Shown: piece after piece, positions 28,164-38,582 of the stretch
Numbering within the stretch: the first letter of the stretch is position 1
How the letters are laid out: each line of letters begins with the position of its first letter
NCBI GenBank assembly: GCA_047601445.1
Contig: JASGJH010000001.1
Span: 4,352,001-4,416,000, forward strand
DNA from: Myxococcales bacterium
GTDB taxonomy: Bacteria > Myxococcota_A > Polyangia > Polyangiales > DASUME01
DNA: 64,000 nt
Direction of reading: 5' to 3'
Notes under the pieces: model-generated
Seen by the model: only the letters and a program-made list of their open reading frames with translations
The model's database searches: none
Told to the model about the DNA's origin: nothing
Made by a program: the position numbers and the translations under genes

Positions 28164-30617
28164 CTAGGCCCTGCGCGCTGTCGCAATCCATTGCGTGGCG
28201 TGCGGGGTCGAACCGTCGGTACACGTTGAGGCCAGCTCCTCGCGGACGCGGTAGCCACGGCGGAGCCATCGGATACTGCCGTGAAGGTATTGTCGCACGA
28301 GCGTGTGAAGAGGCTCTTCAGCCCGAGGTCGACTTCGCCTCAGCTCCACCTGCTGAAAGCCAGCGCTTTCGAGCATGCTGCGGAGAGCCCCGCTAGTCAT
28401 CCCCATCGTCTTGGTCTTCACAGACTCGCCGCAGGCTTCATAAATGGCAGCATAGGCAGGGCTGTCTTGTGTCCAGACCCCTACGACCAGCCTACCCGAT
28501 GGCTCGAGAAGGTCGTGGAGCCGTGCAAGCGCCGTCCCGGCGTGCTCGCCAAGGTGTTGGATCAGGTGCTGCGCAAAGATCACGTCGTAGCGCTGCGCGG
28601 CTTGGACCTTGAGGACGTCGTTGACAGCGTACTCAATTTTGCGAGCGCCCCTGACCTCGTGCGCAACTCGAATGGCGTCGCGACTCGAATCGAATCCGTG
28701 GATTGCAGCGGAGCGGAATTTGTCAGCTGCGACGCGTGCAACGATGCCGGAACCGCAGCCCGCGTCCAAGATATATCGGGGCTTGGAGAGGTCGGAGCAA
28801 GCGTTCAACAGCTCCCTAGCGCACGGCAGGAACAGCGACTGTACCAGGCCGGCCTCCAGGTTGCGCTCCTTCACGAGCATGCTCGCGCGGTCGCGGTGTG
28901 CGCGTTGGCGCAGCACCGTGGCGAGCGCTTCGTTTCCCGCCAGTAGTTTGGCCGTTCCTTTCAGTTGGCTTTTCGCCTGCGCACCCTTAAGCAGAGACGA
29001 GAGTGCTCGAGGCTCGGTCCTATCGCCGTTGCTCAGCCTGACTTCGACGTGGTAGTCGTCCCAGGTGAAAAGCGACACGCGAAACGGCTGCTTCTTCTCG
29101 TGGCCGCGAAGAGCACGTCGCAGGAGCTGATAGCCCGAAGAACTCCTACGCCAGTACGTGACTTCGTCGACATCATCGGGTGCGTCCGCGATCCAGAGCT
29201 TGAGCTCGCGGCAGTAAAGTCTTGCCCCATTGTGCGAGCAATCGTCGACTACCCCTCCAGCCTCGACCACGATTCGGAACGAACCAGCGGGAGCAGGAGG
29301 AATTGCCTTGTGAGCCGCCCCGGTAATTGCCTCAGCCGCTTCAGGTCGCAGGCGTTCCGACTCGAGGTCGGCCGCCCCAGCCTGGCGTTGAAGCAGCGCG
29401 CTATGCAGCTTCGGAGAATGCTTCGCAAGAGGGCTCTCACCGCCCGTGCGGCAAACTACGCGGTGAAAGGCACGCGGTATCCCTTCACCGCGGAACGTAA
29501 CGAGATAGAGCGGCCCCTCCCGTCGTGTCTGGTCGAGGAGCACCACGTGATCGGGCTCTCCCTGCTCATAGCGAAACCGGCCCCCGCTGACGCGAAGCAC
29601 CCTCCAGGCGAGGAGGCGATGCAGCGGTTGCGTCCGAAAGGACATGGGGTTGGGGGAGCGTCCACGCCAGGTCACATCGATGCCTGGCCGCAGGTTACTC
29701 TCGAGAAACTCATCCAGATCCTTCCACGACGTCTTGAGCAACCCGTACTTCTCGAAAACCAACGCGGAGCGGTCGAGGCTATGGTGTTCGTTGCCTCCTG
29801 CCTCGGCCACCTTCCATTCGAGATCCACAATCGTTGTTCTCACCGGCTCGAGAATCGAGCAGGCGTGGTCAAGGAAGGGCCCGTGATCGAAGTTGACCAA
29901 CGTCGCCCGCAAGAAGTCCACGGCGCCCCCGTCTCCATCGCCACAGATCAACAGCTTTGTATGCTTGTCCAAGGTCTCGAGCGGATGCTGCGCCAACGCG
30001 TCCATCTGCCAGTAGGACAGGCGTGGCAGCGTGGGCAAGGTGCGCTCGATTCCGAATCCGAGCGCGAGCACCACCACTTCAGGCGGTTTCGGATACTTGC
30101 CGCCAGTGAGGCCCACGAGCTCGACTTTGCCGTCCCGTGTCAGGCGAAAGTCGGTGATCTGCCGCGGCATCGCGCCCATGAGTGCTTCGTACTGCGTGAC
30201 AATCTGCGTGCGTACGTCGTGGGCGCTTCCCGCGAACCAGTTCAGGATCGGCAGGTTCGCCGAAGCCATCGTACTATGCTCCGCGGGCCATTCGACGATG
30301 CGAGGATGCAGGAATCGATGGTGGCAACCTAGCTGCAGGTGCATCGGCTCAGCCGCGCGATCGAACACCTCGACCTTGGCACCAAGCACGCGAAGAGCAG
30401 CAGCACAGGTCAACCCACCAGCACCGGATCCAATGACCCATGCGCGCTTGCCCTCGACTAACTTGGCTTCATGGAGTGCCCAGACCAGATTGAGAGCGCG
30501 GCATTGCTGCGCCGCGACATTGATGCGCGGGCGGCGCTCGCTAAAGAGGACAAAGACGTTGTCACATCCATCCACCGAGGCTTCCTGCCTGAGCCGCTCG
30601 CTGTCGCTGTCCATCAT
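28164..30617 (-). CDS. FAD/NAD(P)-binding oxidoreductase fused to a pYEATS-like domain and a class I SAM methyltransferase
   Basis: QQCRALNL...VIGSGAGGLTCA (Rossmann), second site ICGDGDGG; middle LWIADAPDDVDEVTY...FRVSLFTWDDYHVEVRL; C-terminal ILDAGCGSG...GFDSS. Confidence 0.82.
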   Translation of the reverse strand: MMDSDSERLRQEASVDGCDNVFVLFSERRPRINVAAQQCRALNLVWALHEAKLVEGKRAWVIGSGAGGLTCAAALRVLGAKVEVFDRAAEPMHLQLGCHHRFLHPRIVEWPAEHSTMASANLPILNWFAGSAHDVRTQIVTQYEALMGAMPRQITDFRLTRDGKVELVGLTGGKYPKPPEVVVLALGFGIERTLPTLPRLSYWQMDALAQHPLETLDKHTKLLICGDGDGGAVDFLRATLVNFDHGPFLDHACSILEPVRTTIVDLEWKVAEAGGNEHHSLDRSALVFEKYGLLKTSWKDLDEFLESNLRPGIDVTWRGRSPNPMSFRTQPLHRLLAWRVLRVSGGRFRYEQGEPDHVVLLDQTRREGPLYLVTFRGEGIPRAFHRVVCRTGGESPLAKHSPKLHSALLQRQAGAADLESERLRPEAAEAITGAAHKAIPPAPAGSFRIVVEAGGVVDDCSHNGARLYCRELKLWIADAPDDVDEVTYWRRSSSGYQLLRRALRGHEKKQPFRVSLFTWDDYHVEVRLSNGDRTEPRALSSLLKGAQAKSQLKGTAKLLAGNEALATVLRQRAHRDRASMLVKERNLEAGLVQSLFLPCARELLNACSDLSKPRYILDAGCGSGIVARVAADKFRSAAIHGFDSSRDAIRVAHEVRGARKIEYAVNDVLKVQAAQRYDVIFAQHLIQHLGEHAGTALARLHDLLEPSGRLVVGVWTQDSPAYAAIYEACGESVKTKTMGMTSGALRSMLESAGFQQVELRRSRPRAEEPLHTLVRQYLHGSIRWLRRGYRVREELASTCTDGSTPHATQWIATARRA

Positions 30618-30968
30618 GCCATCGACCTCTTTGCCAGTTCCCTACATTGATTGGCACGCTCATGTCCTTACTTGTTTGAGCGCGAGCAAGAAATGCCTAA
30701 GCCGCGGCATTGCCTCTAGGACGCCGTGGTTCCCCGCGAGGAGTCGCTGCGCACAACGCCTCTCCGCGTTCCGAGAGCTGCTTCGCCAACGGACGCCCTC
30801 ATGAGCTCGGACCAGTCGGAAGCCAGCGCGAATCAGCGGCAGGGTCGCGAATAGTCAATCATTCGCCGTCGACTGGTCCGCCGTCGAATGATCCAGCGGC
30901 GAGTTTCGGTCGAGGGGAATTCAGCGCCGTGGCCCGCGTATGCCACCGCACTAGCCCTGGAGATCTGC

Positions 30969-32327
30969 GTGCCGCTCCCACGTGTGACCGCGAAACAGAT
31001 CCGCTACCTGGCTCTCGAAGGCGGTGGCGGCAAGGGAAACGCGTTCGCGGGTGCGCTACGCGCGCTGGCCGATCCGCGCGTAGGTGAAGACGGGCAGGGA
31101 ATCCTGCGCTTCGAGCGCTATCGCCCCGTGTCGTTGAAGGGCTTTTCTGGTGCATCGGCGGGCGCCATCACCAGCTGCATGCTGTCCTGTGGTTTCGATG
31201 GCGAAGAAATCATCGCCATCATGCGCGGACAGAACTTCGACGACTTCTTCGATCCGCTGCGCCCCGGCTACGTGCCTGCGGTCGGACGCTTTGTTGAGAA
31301 GCCCAAGGAGTCTGTGAACCGCGAGCTCCTCGCGCTCGTCAGCTCCCTCTGCAAGCTCCAGACTGGCATCGTGTCGATGCGTGATCTGGCACGAATCTTC
31401 GGCGAGCTCGGACGCTTCGAGCTGCAACGGTTCGGCTCAATCATCGGCGGGCTACTCGCGGTCTTCCCGACCCTTGCAAAGCAGCTCCCTGCCGCCGCAC
31501 GCGTGATCGGCGGAAACGTGGAGGCTGCCGGCCTCTCGCTCGTGCAGGACTTCGGCATCTTTCCGGGCGAGGCGGCGCGACGCTTCATTCACAAATGGGT
31601 CTCCATCGGCGCTGTGCGCGCCACCAGTCCTCAATGGATGGCTCAGATTCCAGGCTGGGATCACGTTGCCGGGGACAGTGTCGAGGCCAGGCGACAACGC
31701 ATTCACTTGTTGTCCGAACACTGGGGCCGCGATGGCAGCAAGTTTCCGATCAATCACGCGCTTTCGGGGATGACATTCGAGGAGCACCAGCGCACCTTCG
31801 GCGTCAAGCTCGCCGTGACAGGAACAGAGCTCGAGACGCTCAAGACACACGTCTTCAGCGCGAACACGACCCCCCAATTCCTGGTCGAGGATGCGGTTCG
31901 CATCTCGATGAGCTTGCCTGGGGTCTTCAAGCCCTATGTGATCCGCGGCGCAGACGCAGAGCGCGCATCGCGCGGAGCGATCGCATCGTTGGAAGGAGTG
32001 TGGGTCGACGGAGGCCTACTCAACAACCTACCGCTCCGAGTGTTCGACAACGAGCCCGGCGACAATCCGAAGACGCTCGGCTTGCGCTTGGGCCTCGAGG
32101 AGCGCACTCGCATCGACACGTTGGGCGACCTGTTGTCGGTCTGGCCGGTGAGCTTGGGCTTCTTGGGATCCGGCGAGTCACAAACCTCGTTCACGCTCGA
32201 CAACTACGATGCATCGGTGCTGCTCGATCCGTCACCGCTTGGACTGCTGGACTTCTCTGCATCGGACAGCGTCTTGGCCGACGTCCACCGCTCGGCGTTC
32301 AACGCAACACTGAGCTATTTCCGTTGA
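30969..32327 (+). CDS. Patatin-like phospholipase
   Basis: LEGGGGKG, GASAG nucleophile elbow, AVRISMSLP, VDGG. GGAG then GTG at 30969 is the likely start. Confidence 0.92.
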   Translation: MPLPRVTAKQIRYLALEGGGGKGNAFAGALRALADPRVGEDGQGILRFERYRPVSLKGFSGASAGAITSCMLSCGFDGEEIIAIMRGQNFDDFFDPLRPGYVPAVGRFVEKPKESVNRELLALVSSLCKLQTGIVSMRDLARIFGELGRFELQRFGSIIGGLLAVFPTLAKQLPAAARVIGGNVEAAGLSLVQDFGIFPGEAARRFIHKWVSIGAVRATSPQWMAQIPGWDHVAGDSVEARRQRIHLLSEHWGRDGSKFPINHALSGMTFEEHQRTFGVKLAVTGTELETLKTHVFSANTTPQFLVEDAVRISMSLPGVFKPYVIRGADAERASRGAIASLEGVWVDGGLLNNLPLRVFDNEPGDNPKTLGLRLGLEERTRIDTLGDLLSVWPVSLGFLGSGESQTSFTLDNYDASVLLDPSPLGLLDFSASDSVLADVHRSAFNATLSYFR

Positions 32328-32338
32328 AGGAGAGATCT

Positions 32339-35200
32339 ATGCACGAGTTATTTCGCTACATGTCGATGCGTCCTCCCGTTCAGCCCGACGATGATGCCGT
32401 CGTCTTGCTGCAACCGTCGCAACCGCTGCGCGCCAAGCTCGTCGCGGCGCGTTCCGATTCCAGGGCAGCCGTTCACAAGGTCGCGTCCGAGCATTTGCAA
32501 TCAAGCGCGGCGGCCCTTTCGGTGGACAGATTGGAGTCCGGTCGCGTGCTCGAACCGTTGGCGAAGCAGTTCATCGAAGCTGGTCAGCTTCGAGCTCAGG
32601 AACAGCTTGAAGCTGACCTCAAGAAGGCCCTTGGCGATCAGTGGAGCACCCACGTCACAGCACCAGGCTTTGCTCTCGAACAGCAACGTCTTGCAGACAC
32701 CTTGATCGCCGCCAAATTGTGCTCGACGGGCAGCTTGTGCGACCTCGACCTGCTCACTGCGCTCGCTTGCATCTACGAAGCGGCCGCGCGTCTGGCCGCG
32801 GGTGGTACGGCACACGTGCCCAGTATCGCTGTGATCGGAGACCTCGCTGCGGCGGCCACGCCCTCATCCCCCACCCGCGCGCAAGAGGAGTCCGCCGTCC
32901 CCCCTGCACCAAAGCCGGAGCTGGTCAGCCTGGAACGCGACGCGAACGATTTGCAGACCGCGCTTGACCGCTTGGGCAACTTGCCACTCCCAGACCTCGT
33001 AAAACTTCCTCACCGGCAGCTCAAGGCGCAGAGCGCAGTCACGAGCGAGCCGGGCTGCCGCACTTCGCCGGAATCCACGGCTCCCGTGCTGGATGTTCAG
33101 CGCGCCGCCGTCGATGCGTCGACGCCTTGGGAAGTGCGTTCGGAGTTCATCGACGACCTGCCGCGCTACGCGGCCACCCTCGCACGAAAGAGCCTTGCGG
33201 ACTCCAGTCGCGGCGACGTCGCAAGCCTCGCGGAGCTACTGCAGCGCGAGCAGGCCACGGTGCAGGCCAAGATTCGTTCACTGCGAGGTGACGATCCGAT
33301 GGCGGAGGCCGTGGTTTCACTCGGCAACAAGTTCTTCAAAGCCGGGACGCTCGGCAAGACGAGAGCGCCCAAAACGTCGGGCTTGCCTCAGGGCAGTGGA
33401 TCCCTTCGACCGGTCGGGGTCGCTGATCTGCTCGTCGTGCGCCAGCAGCTGACTTCCTACCAAGGCGGCGATGTCGCGCACATCGAGAATATCCTCAAGT
33501 CCGAAGAGCTGCACCGTGAGACCGAACGGCGCGAGAAGAGCGAGCAGTCGGTGTTGACGGAGACCGACGAGCTACGCGAAGAGGAACGTGACACCCAGAC
33601 CACCGAGCGCTTCTCACTGCAGCGCGAGACCGCCACCACCCTGGAGACCGATCTGTCGGTCAACGCAGGACTGGCCGTGACAGCGCGCTACGGGACCATG
33701 GTCGAGGTCCAAGCCAACGCCGGGTTCTCCTATCAGACCTCCAGCAGCGACTCGGTTCGCCAGTCGTCGGCGTACGGGAAGGACGTCGTGACCCGCGCGG
33801 CGACCAAGGTCTCCCGGCGTATGCGTGAGCTGCGAACCACCACCACCTCGATCGAGTTCCTGGAGCGCAACAAGCACGGCTTCCAGAACTCCGCGCCTGG
33901 CGCAACGCACATCAGCGGCGTCTACCAATGGGTCGACAAAGTGTCGGAGGCACAGGTCTACAACTACGGGAAGCGCATGATGTTTGATGTGATGCTCCCC
34001 GAGCCGGCCGCGTTCTTCGTCGCCGCACAGCAACAGCAGAGGACGGAAGGCGACAAGCTCGTCAAGCCGCCCACGTTCACGGCCAAGCCCAGCGACATCA
34101 CGGAGAGCAACTATCAGAGCCTGGCGCAGAGCTACGACGCCATCGGCATCGAGCCACCGCCACCGCTCTATTTGTTGTTGGCGAAGGCGATTGAGTTCAA
34201 CACCAATGGCGCGCAGGGCGCCACCTACGTGACCAAGGCCGATGCCATCCCTGTTACGGAGGGCTACGAGGCCATCGGCTGGGCGATCCGATGCTTATCG
34301 GGGGGCGCCGGCTCGAACAATGCGTACGTCTTCGTGGGGCGCGAGGCTTTCGACTCGAATGCACGACAAGCGACGAGTTGGACCCTGGCGGGGGAGACCT
34401 CTCAGGTTCCCATCGCGGTTGCAGGACTGAACCTGCTGCTGTTTGCTGCCACGATCGAGGTGCTGATTCGCCGCACCGAGCGCGCGATGGCCGTCTGGCG
34501 CCAGAAGACCCACGCCGCGATCGCCCAGGCCTACACCGCCAAGAAGGCCGAGTACGAGCGCGCACTTGCGTCGGCTGCAGCCGGGAGCACAGTGCAGATC
34601 AGCGGCCGCAATCCTGGCGCGAACAAGCGCCTCGTTCGGACGGAGCTGCGCAAGATGTGCTTGGCGCAGCTCACGGCACAGCAGTTCGACGCGTTCGGCG
34701 CAATCGAAACGTCCAGCCAAGGCTACCCCGAGGCGAACCTGGTCCAGAGCGAGCTGCAAGGCGAATACATTCGCTTCTTCGAGCAGGCATTCGAATGGGA
34801 CCAGCTGATGTACTTCTTCTACCCCTACTACTGGGGGATCAAAGAAGGTTGGCTGACCACCTCTCTGCTCGAGGACGTCGATCCGGAGTTCGGCGACTTC
34901 CTGCGTGCTGGCGAGGCGCGTGCCGTGTTTCCGGTCCGACCTGGATTCGAGAAGGCCGTGCTCCACTACCTCGACACCGGCGAGATTTGGAACGGCGGCA
35001 ACCCGCCCAAGATCACGAGCCGGATGTACGTACCGATTCTCGCCGAGCTCGAAGCCGCCAATGGTCCCGCGGCTGCGGAGAAGGCGCACGGTGACCCATG
35101 GGAAGTTCGCCTACCGACGACTCTCGTGCACTTGCGCGCGGACGATCGTCTTCCCAAGTGGAAGAAGACGAACGGCGTGTGGGGAGAAGATCTGACGTAG
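32339..35200 (+). CDS. Large uncharacterised protein (953 aa)
   Basis: AAGGAG RBS and ATG 11 bp after the patatin stop; blocks such as VGVADLLVVRQQL...VAHIENIL, YQWVDK, NYGKR, FFEQAFEW...FYPYYW. The ORF-track start at 31595 is a spurious overlap. Confidence 0.85.
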   Translation: MHELFRYMSMRPPVQPDDDAVVLLQPSQPLRAKLVAARSDSRAAVHKVASEHLQSSAAALSVDRLESGRVLEPLAKQFIEAGQLRAQEQLEADLKKALGDQWSTHVTAPGFALEQQRLADTLIAAKLCSTGSLCDLDLLTALACIYEAAARLAAGGTAHVPSIAVIGDLAAAATPSSPTRAQEESAVPPAPKPELVSLERDANDLQTALDRLGNLPLPDLVKLPHRQLKAQSAVTSEPGCRTSPESTAPVLDVQRAAVDASTPWEVRSEFIDDLPRYAATLARKSLADSSRGDVASLAELLQREQATVQAKIRSLRGDDPMAEAVVSLGNKFFKAGTLGKTRAPKTSGLPQGSGSLRPVGVADLLVVRQQLTSYQGGDVAHIENILKSEELHRETERREKSEQSVLTETDELREEERDTQTTERFSLQRETATTLETDLSVNAGLAVTARYGTMVEVQANAGFSYQTSSSDSVRQSSAYGKDVVTRAATKVSRRMRELRTTTTSIEFLERNKHGFQNSAPGATHISGVYQWVDKVSEAQVYNYGKRMMFDVMLPEPAAFFVAAQQQQRTEGDKLVKPPTFTAKPSDITESNYQSLAQSYDAIGIEPPPPLYLLLAKAIEFNTNGAQGATYVTKADAIPVTEGYEAIGWAIRCLSGGAGSNNAYVFVGREAFDSNARQATSWTLAGETSQVPIAVAGLNLLLFAATIEVLIRRTERAMAVWRQKTHAAIAQAYTAKKAEYERALASAAAGSTVQISGRNPGANKRLVRTELRKMCLAQLTAQQFDAFGAIETSSQGYPEANLVQSELQGEYIRFFEQAFEWDQLMYFFYPYYWGIKEGWLTTSLLEDVDPEFGDFLRAGEARAVFPVRPGFEKAVLHYLDTGEIWNGGNPPKITSRMYVPILAELEAANGPAAAEKAHGDPWEVRLPTTLVHLRADDRLPKWKKTNGVWGEDLT

Positions 35201-35589
35201 CGCCGCTTCCACGCGGCCCACTGCTCACCCACGGACTACTGGGGGGCCGACCGAGACGCAACGCGGCTTCGCTGCTGGGTCGCCGCCCTCTCTCGTGGGT
35301 AGCAGGCGTTTGGAGTCCGTTCAATTGGGACCGAGGCTGTAGTCACTTCCTTTCACTCGACCCGCGATGAGACCCTTGAGACCCATCTCAGCGACGGCCG
35401 GCACCCCATCGGCCGCCGCGAGGGCTCACAGGATATCCATGCCTCTTTCTCAAGCAATGGTTGAGGGTGGCATTGGCCTGCCACGGCGCGTGAACGCATC
35501 ACGTGATCGTCTGGCCGGCACGGCAGGGATCCGGTGCTGAGATCAGAGGCCAACGGGTGACCTACTGATCTGGCAGGGCGTTGTTCTTG

Positions 35590-36389
35590 CTACGGACAGG
35601 GCACCTTGAAGTAGTTGCTCCAGTGAGCGCCACCGTCATCCGACGCGGAGAAGGTCAAGGTGAGCGTCGAGTTGCACGCGAAGTTCAGCCTGGCATCGAA
35701 GTTGCCGAGCGGGTCTGACGTCTGCACGACGGATCCCTGGTGGAAGGCATCGTCGGCCACGCGTATCGATACGTTCTTGCTCTTTTGGAATCCGCAGCCG
35801 AGCACCTCGAAGCCAGCGGTCGAGCCGGTACCGGATGTCTTGACGTTGGTGATGGTCGGGGACGGGTACATGGGCGGCGTCTGAATGACCACGCCGCCTG
35901 GGCTGGCGGTGAAGGTGACGGTCGGTCCACTGCTTTCCCAGCCGTCATGCGAGGTAGTCGCGTGAACGTAGTGGCTCCCCGCTGCGAGCTCGCCGACGTA
36001 GATCGAGCACTGCCCCGTGGGCCCGAAGCCTCCGTAGTAGTAGGTGACGACACCTTGCTGCAACTCAGGTGGAGGAGGCTGCCCTGGTACCGCCGTCCAC
36101 ACGCCGACCGCGCACGTGTCGGCACGCCATGGGGAGTTCACGCCCGGATCCGTCAAGGTCACCGTGAAGTTGTGGACGTCGAGCGTGGCGCCGGGAGTCG
36201 GAAAGGTAATGACGGAGGGTCCGAGGCCAAGGTGACCCACACATCGTAGAGCTTGTAATCGGTCGCCGGAACGATGACTGCCAAGCCGTCCGGACCGCGC
36301 GGTGCAATGCTGGGTCCCGAGGTAGGCTGCGGGCGCCCGCCGGACGAAATGTCAAGTAGCGCACGGACTTCTTGTCCGATGGGCGTCAC
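35590..36389 (-). pseudogene. Frameshifted hypothetical protein (beta-rich, Cys-containing)
   Basis: Coding-like frame MTPIGQ...YDVWVTLASD switches to PSVITFPTPG... at the C-run near 36217-36219. Could be a sequencing indel. Confidence 0.6.
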
Positions 36390-36519
36390 TTGCCGGCTTT
36401 CGCAAAAGTTCGTCCGACGTCAGCCGTTCGAACACTGCACGACTGGATCTTTGAGCGAATCCCCGTCAAAGCTCAGCGTACGTGCACTTCGCGACGCACC
36501 GGGCACCTTCACGCGCCCG

Positions 36520-37419
36520 TCACCCCAGGCACTCCACCAGCAACTCCACCATGGCACGCAGCGCCGGCGACACATTGCGCGCACTCGGGTAGACAGCGAG
36601 CGTGGGACGCGCGGGTGGCGTAAACGGAGTCAACACCTGTCGCAGCTCTCGAGCGGCCATGCCTTCCTGCGCAAAGCGCTCCGGCATCTGGACGAGGCCC
36701 ACGCCCGAGCGGGCTAGCCCGGACAGGACCTGGAAGCTGTTGATCAGCATGTGCGGGACGATGGGAACCATGCGGGTCTTGCCGTCGATTTGAAAGGTCC
36801 AGTGGGCGGGCGACTGCACACCGGACATGGCCAAGCAACGATGCTGCTTGAGCTCATCCGGCGCGCGCGGCACGCCATGGCGGCGCAGATAGGAGGGGCT
36901 CGCGTACACTCCGCGGTGCTGGGGCTCTCCGAGGCGTCGCGTCATCAATTGCGAGTCACCGAGGGGGCCTACGCGGATGGCCAGGTCAAACCCTTCGTCA
37001 ACCAGGTTCACGTGTCGATCGGTCAGCTGCACCTCGATCTCCACGTCGGGATAGCGCAGCGCGTAGCGCGCGAGAACCTCGCCGAGCATGGTGTGTCCGA
37101 ACTCGATGGGTGCGGTTAGGCGCAAGCGACCGCTCGGGTGCGCCTGCAGCGTGCCCACCAACGCTTCGGCCTGCCTTAGCGCGTCCACCGCCGGAGCGAC
37201 CTCGCGGTGGAAGCTGGCACCGATGTCCGTGAGCTGGAGGCTGCGCGTCGTGCGCGAAAGTAGCCTGGCGCCAAGGTGGGTCTCCAGCGCCGCCACGCGC
37301 TGGCTGAGCGTGGACTTCGATAGCCCCAGTGCTCGTGCTGCGCCGCGAAATCCGCGGTATTTCACCACCTCCACGAACGCTACCAGCAGGTTGGGATCCG
37401 CGCTTCGGACTGTCCGCAT
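36520..37419 (-). CDS. LysR family transcriptional regulator (CrgA/DmlR-like)
   Basis: FRGAARALGLSKSTLSQRVAALE..LGARLLSRTTRSLQLT, LVDEGFDLAIRVG. Confidence 0.95.
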   Translation of the reverse strand: MRTVRSADPNLLVAFVEVVKYRGFRGAARALGLSKSTLSQRVAALETHLGARLLSRTTRSLQLTDIGASFHREVAPAVDALRQAEALVGTLQAHPSGRLRLTAPIEFGHTMLGEVLARYALRYPDVEIEVQLTDRHVNLVDEGFDLAIRVGPLGDSQLMTRRLGEPQHRGVYASPSYLRRHGVPRAPDELKQHRCLAMSGVQSPAHWTFQIDGKTRMVPIVPHMLINSFQVLSGLARSGVGLVQMPERFAQEGMAARELRQVLTPFTPPARPTLAVYPSARNVSPALRAMVELLVECLG

Positions 37420-37430
37420 GAGTGGACAGT
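37409..37430. promoter_or_regulatory. Inverted repeat ACTGTCC-N8-GGACAGT, probable LysR operator
   Basis: Perfect 7-bp arms over the lysR start, in the divergent lysR/reductase region; another TGTCC half-site lies near 37450. Confidence 0.6.
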
Positions 37431-37502
37431 GTGTTCGAATCGTCGCCCATTGTCCACGGAGCCTGGAGCCCATAGCTTGGGGAGCATCAAGGAGACCTCG
37501 CC

Positions 37503-38582
37503 ATGCGACTCTTCACCCAGCACACCATCGACACGCTTCACTTGCCCAACCGCATCGTCATGGCTCCCATGACGCGCAGTCGCGCCCTCGGCGGCGTACC
37601 CAACGAGCTGATGCGGGAATACTACGCGCAGCGCGCCAGCGCGGGCTTGATCATCACGGAAGGCATCGCCCCGTCAGCGAATGGTCTCGGTTATGCGCGC
37701 ATTCCGGGCCTGTACTCGAGCGAGCAGGTCGCGGGCTTCCGTGCGGTGACCGAGGCGGTGCACGCTCGAGGAGGCCGCATCTTCGCGCAGCTCATGCACG
37801 TGGGCCGTGTCGCGCACCCGCTCAACGTTCCGGCTGGCGGTCGCATCCTCGCTCCCAGTGCCCTGCGCGCAGGGGGACAGATGTACACGGACGCCGCGGG
37901 TTTGCAGGACTTCCCTACCCCCCAGGCAATGCAACCCGTGGACCTCGAGCAGGCGCGGGCTGAGTTCGTTCACGCCGCACACAACGCCATGGACGCTGGC
38001 TTTGACGGTGTGGAACTCCACGCGGCCAACGGCTACTTGCTCGAACAATTCCTGCATCCCCACACCAACCGCCGCAGGGATGCCTACGGCGGCAGCGACG
38101 AGGCACGCAATCGGTTCGTGATCGAAGTGGCTACCGAGACCGCCCGCGCCATTGGCCCGAGCAAGGTCGGCATCCGCTTCTCGCCGTACAGCACCTTCAA
38201 CGACATGACTCCGCGTGACGACGCCACCGCGCCATACGCGCAGCTCGCCCAGGCCCTACGCGGCCTCGCGTACCTACACGTCGTCGCCAGCTCCCACGCT
38301 CGCTTCAAGGAGACCGCCCAAGCCATGCGAAGTGCGTTCGGAGGAACCCTGATCCTCAATGGTGGATTCGACAAGGAGCGGGCGGAGACTGCACTCACCA
38401 GCGGCCAGGCCGACCTGATCTCCTTCGGCCGTCCCTTCATCTCCAACCCAGACTTCGTCGCACGCACCCTCGCGGACGCGCCGCTCTCTGCGCCCAATCC
38501 GGAGACGTTCTACACGCCAGGCGCGGCGGGATACGTGGACTATCCGGCGGTGGGCAGTCTCCAGTCGTTGCAAAGCTCGTGA
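37503..38582 (+). CDS. nemA: Alkene reductase, Old Yellow Enzyme family (NemA-like)
   Basis: NRIVMAPMTRSRA, YYAQRASAGLIITEG, AGFDGVELHAANGYL, GRPFISNPD, GYVDYP. Confidence 0.93.
   Translation: MRLFTQHTIDTLHLPNRIVMAPMTRSRALGGVPNELMREYYAQRASAGLIITEGIAPSANGLGYARIPGLYSSEQVAGFRAVTEAVHARGGRIFAQLMHVGRVAHPLNVPAGGRILAPSALRAGGQMYTDAAGLQDFPTPQAMQPVDLEQARAEFVHAAHNAMDAGFDGVELHAANGYLLEQFLHPHTNRRRDAYGGSDEARNRFVIEVATETARAIGPSKVGIRFSPYSTFNDMTPRDDATAPYAQLAQALRGLAYLHVVASSHARFKETAQAMRSAFGGTLILNGGFDKERAETALTSGQADLISFGRPFISNPDFVARTLADAPLSAPNPETFYTPGAAGYVDYPAVGSLQSLQSS

Noticed and set aside
30651..30666. Sigma-54 promoter TTGGCACG upstream of patatin
   Set aside because: The -12 position reads TC, not GC, at the required spacing.
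31595..32338. N-terminal 248 aa of the 1201-aa ORF
   Set aside because: It overlaps the patatin gene in another frame and is Arg-rich; a strong RBS and ATG lie at 32339.
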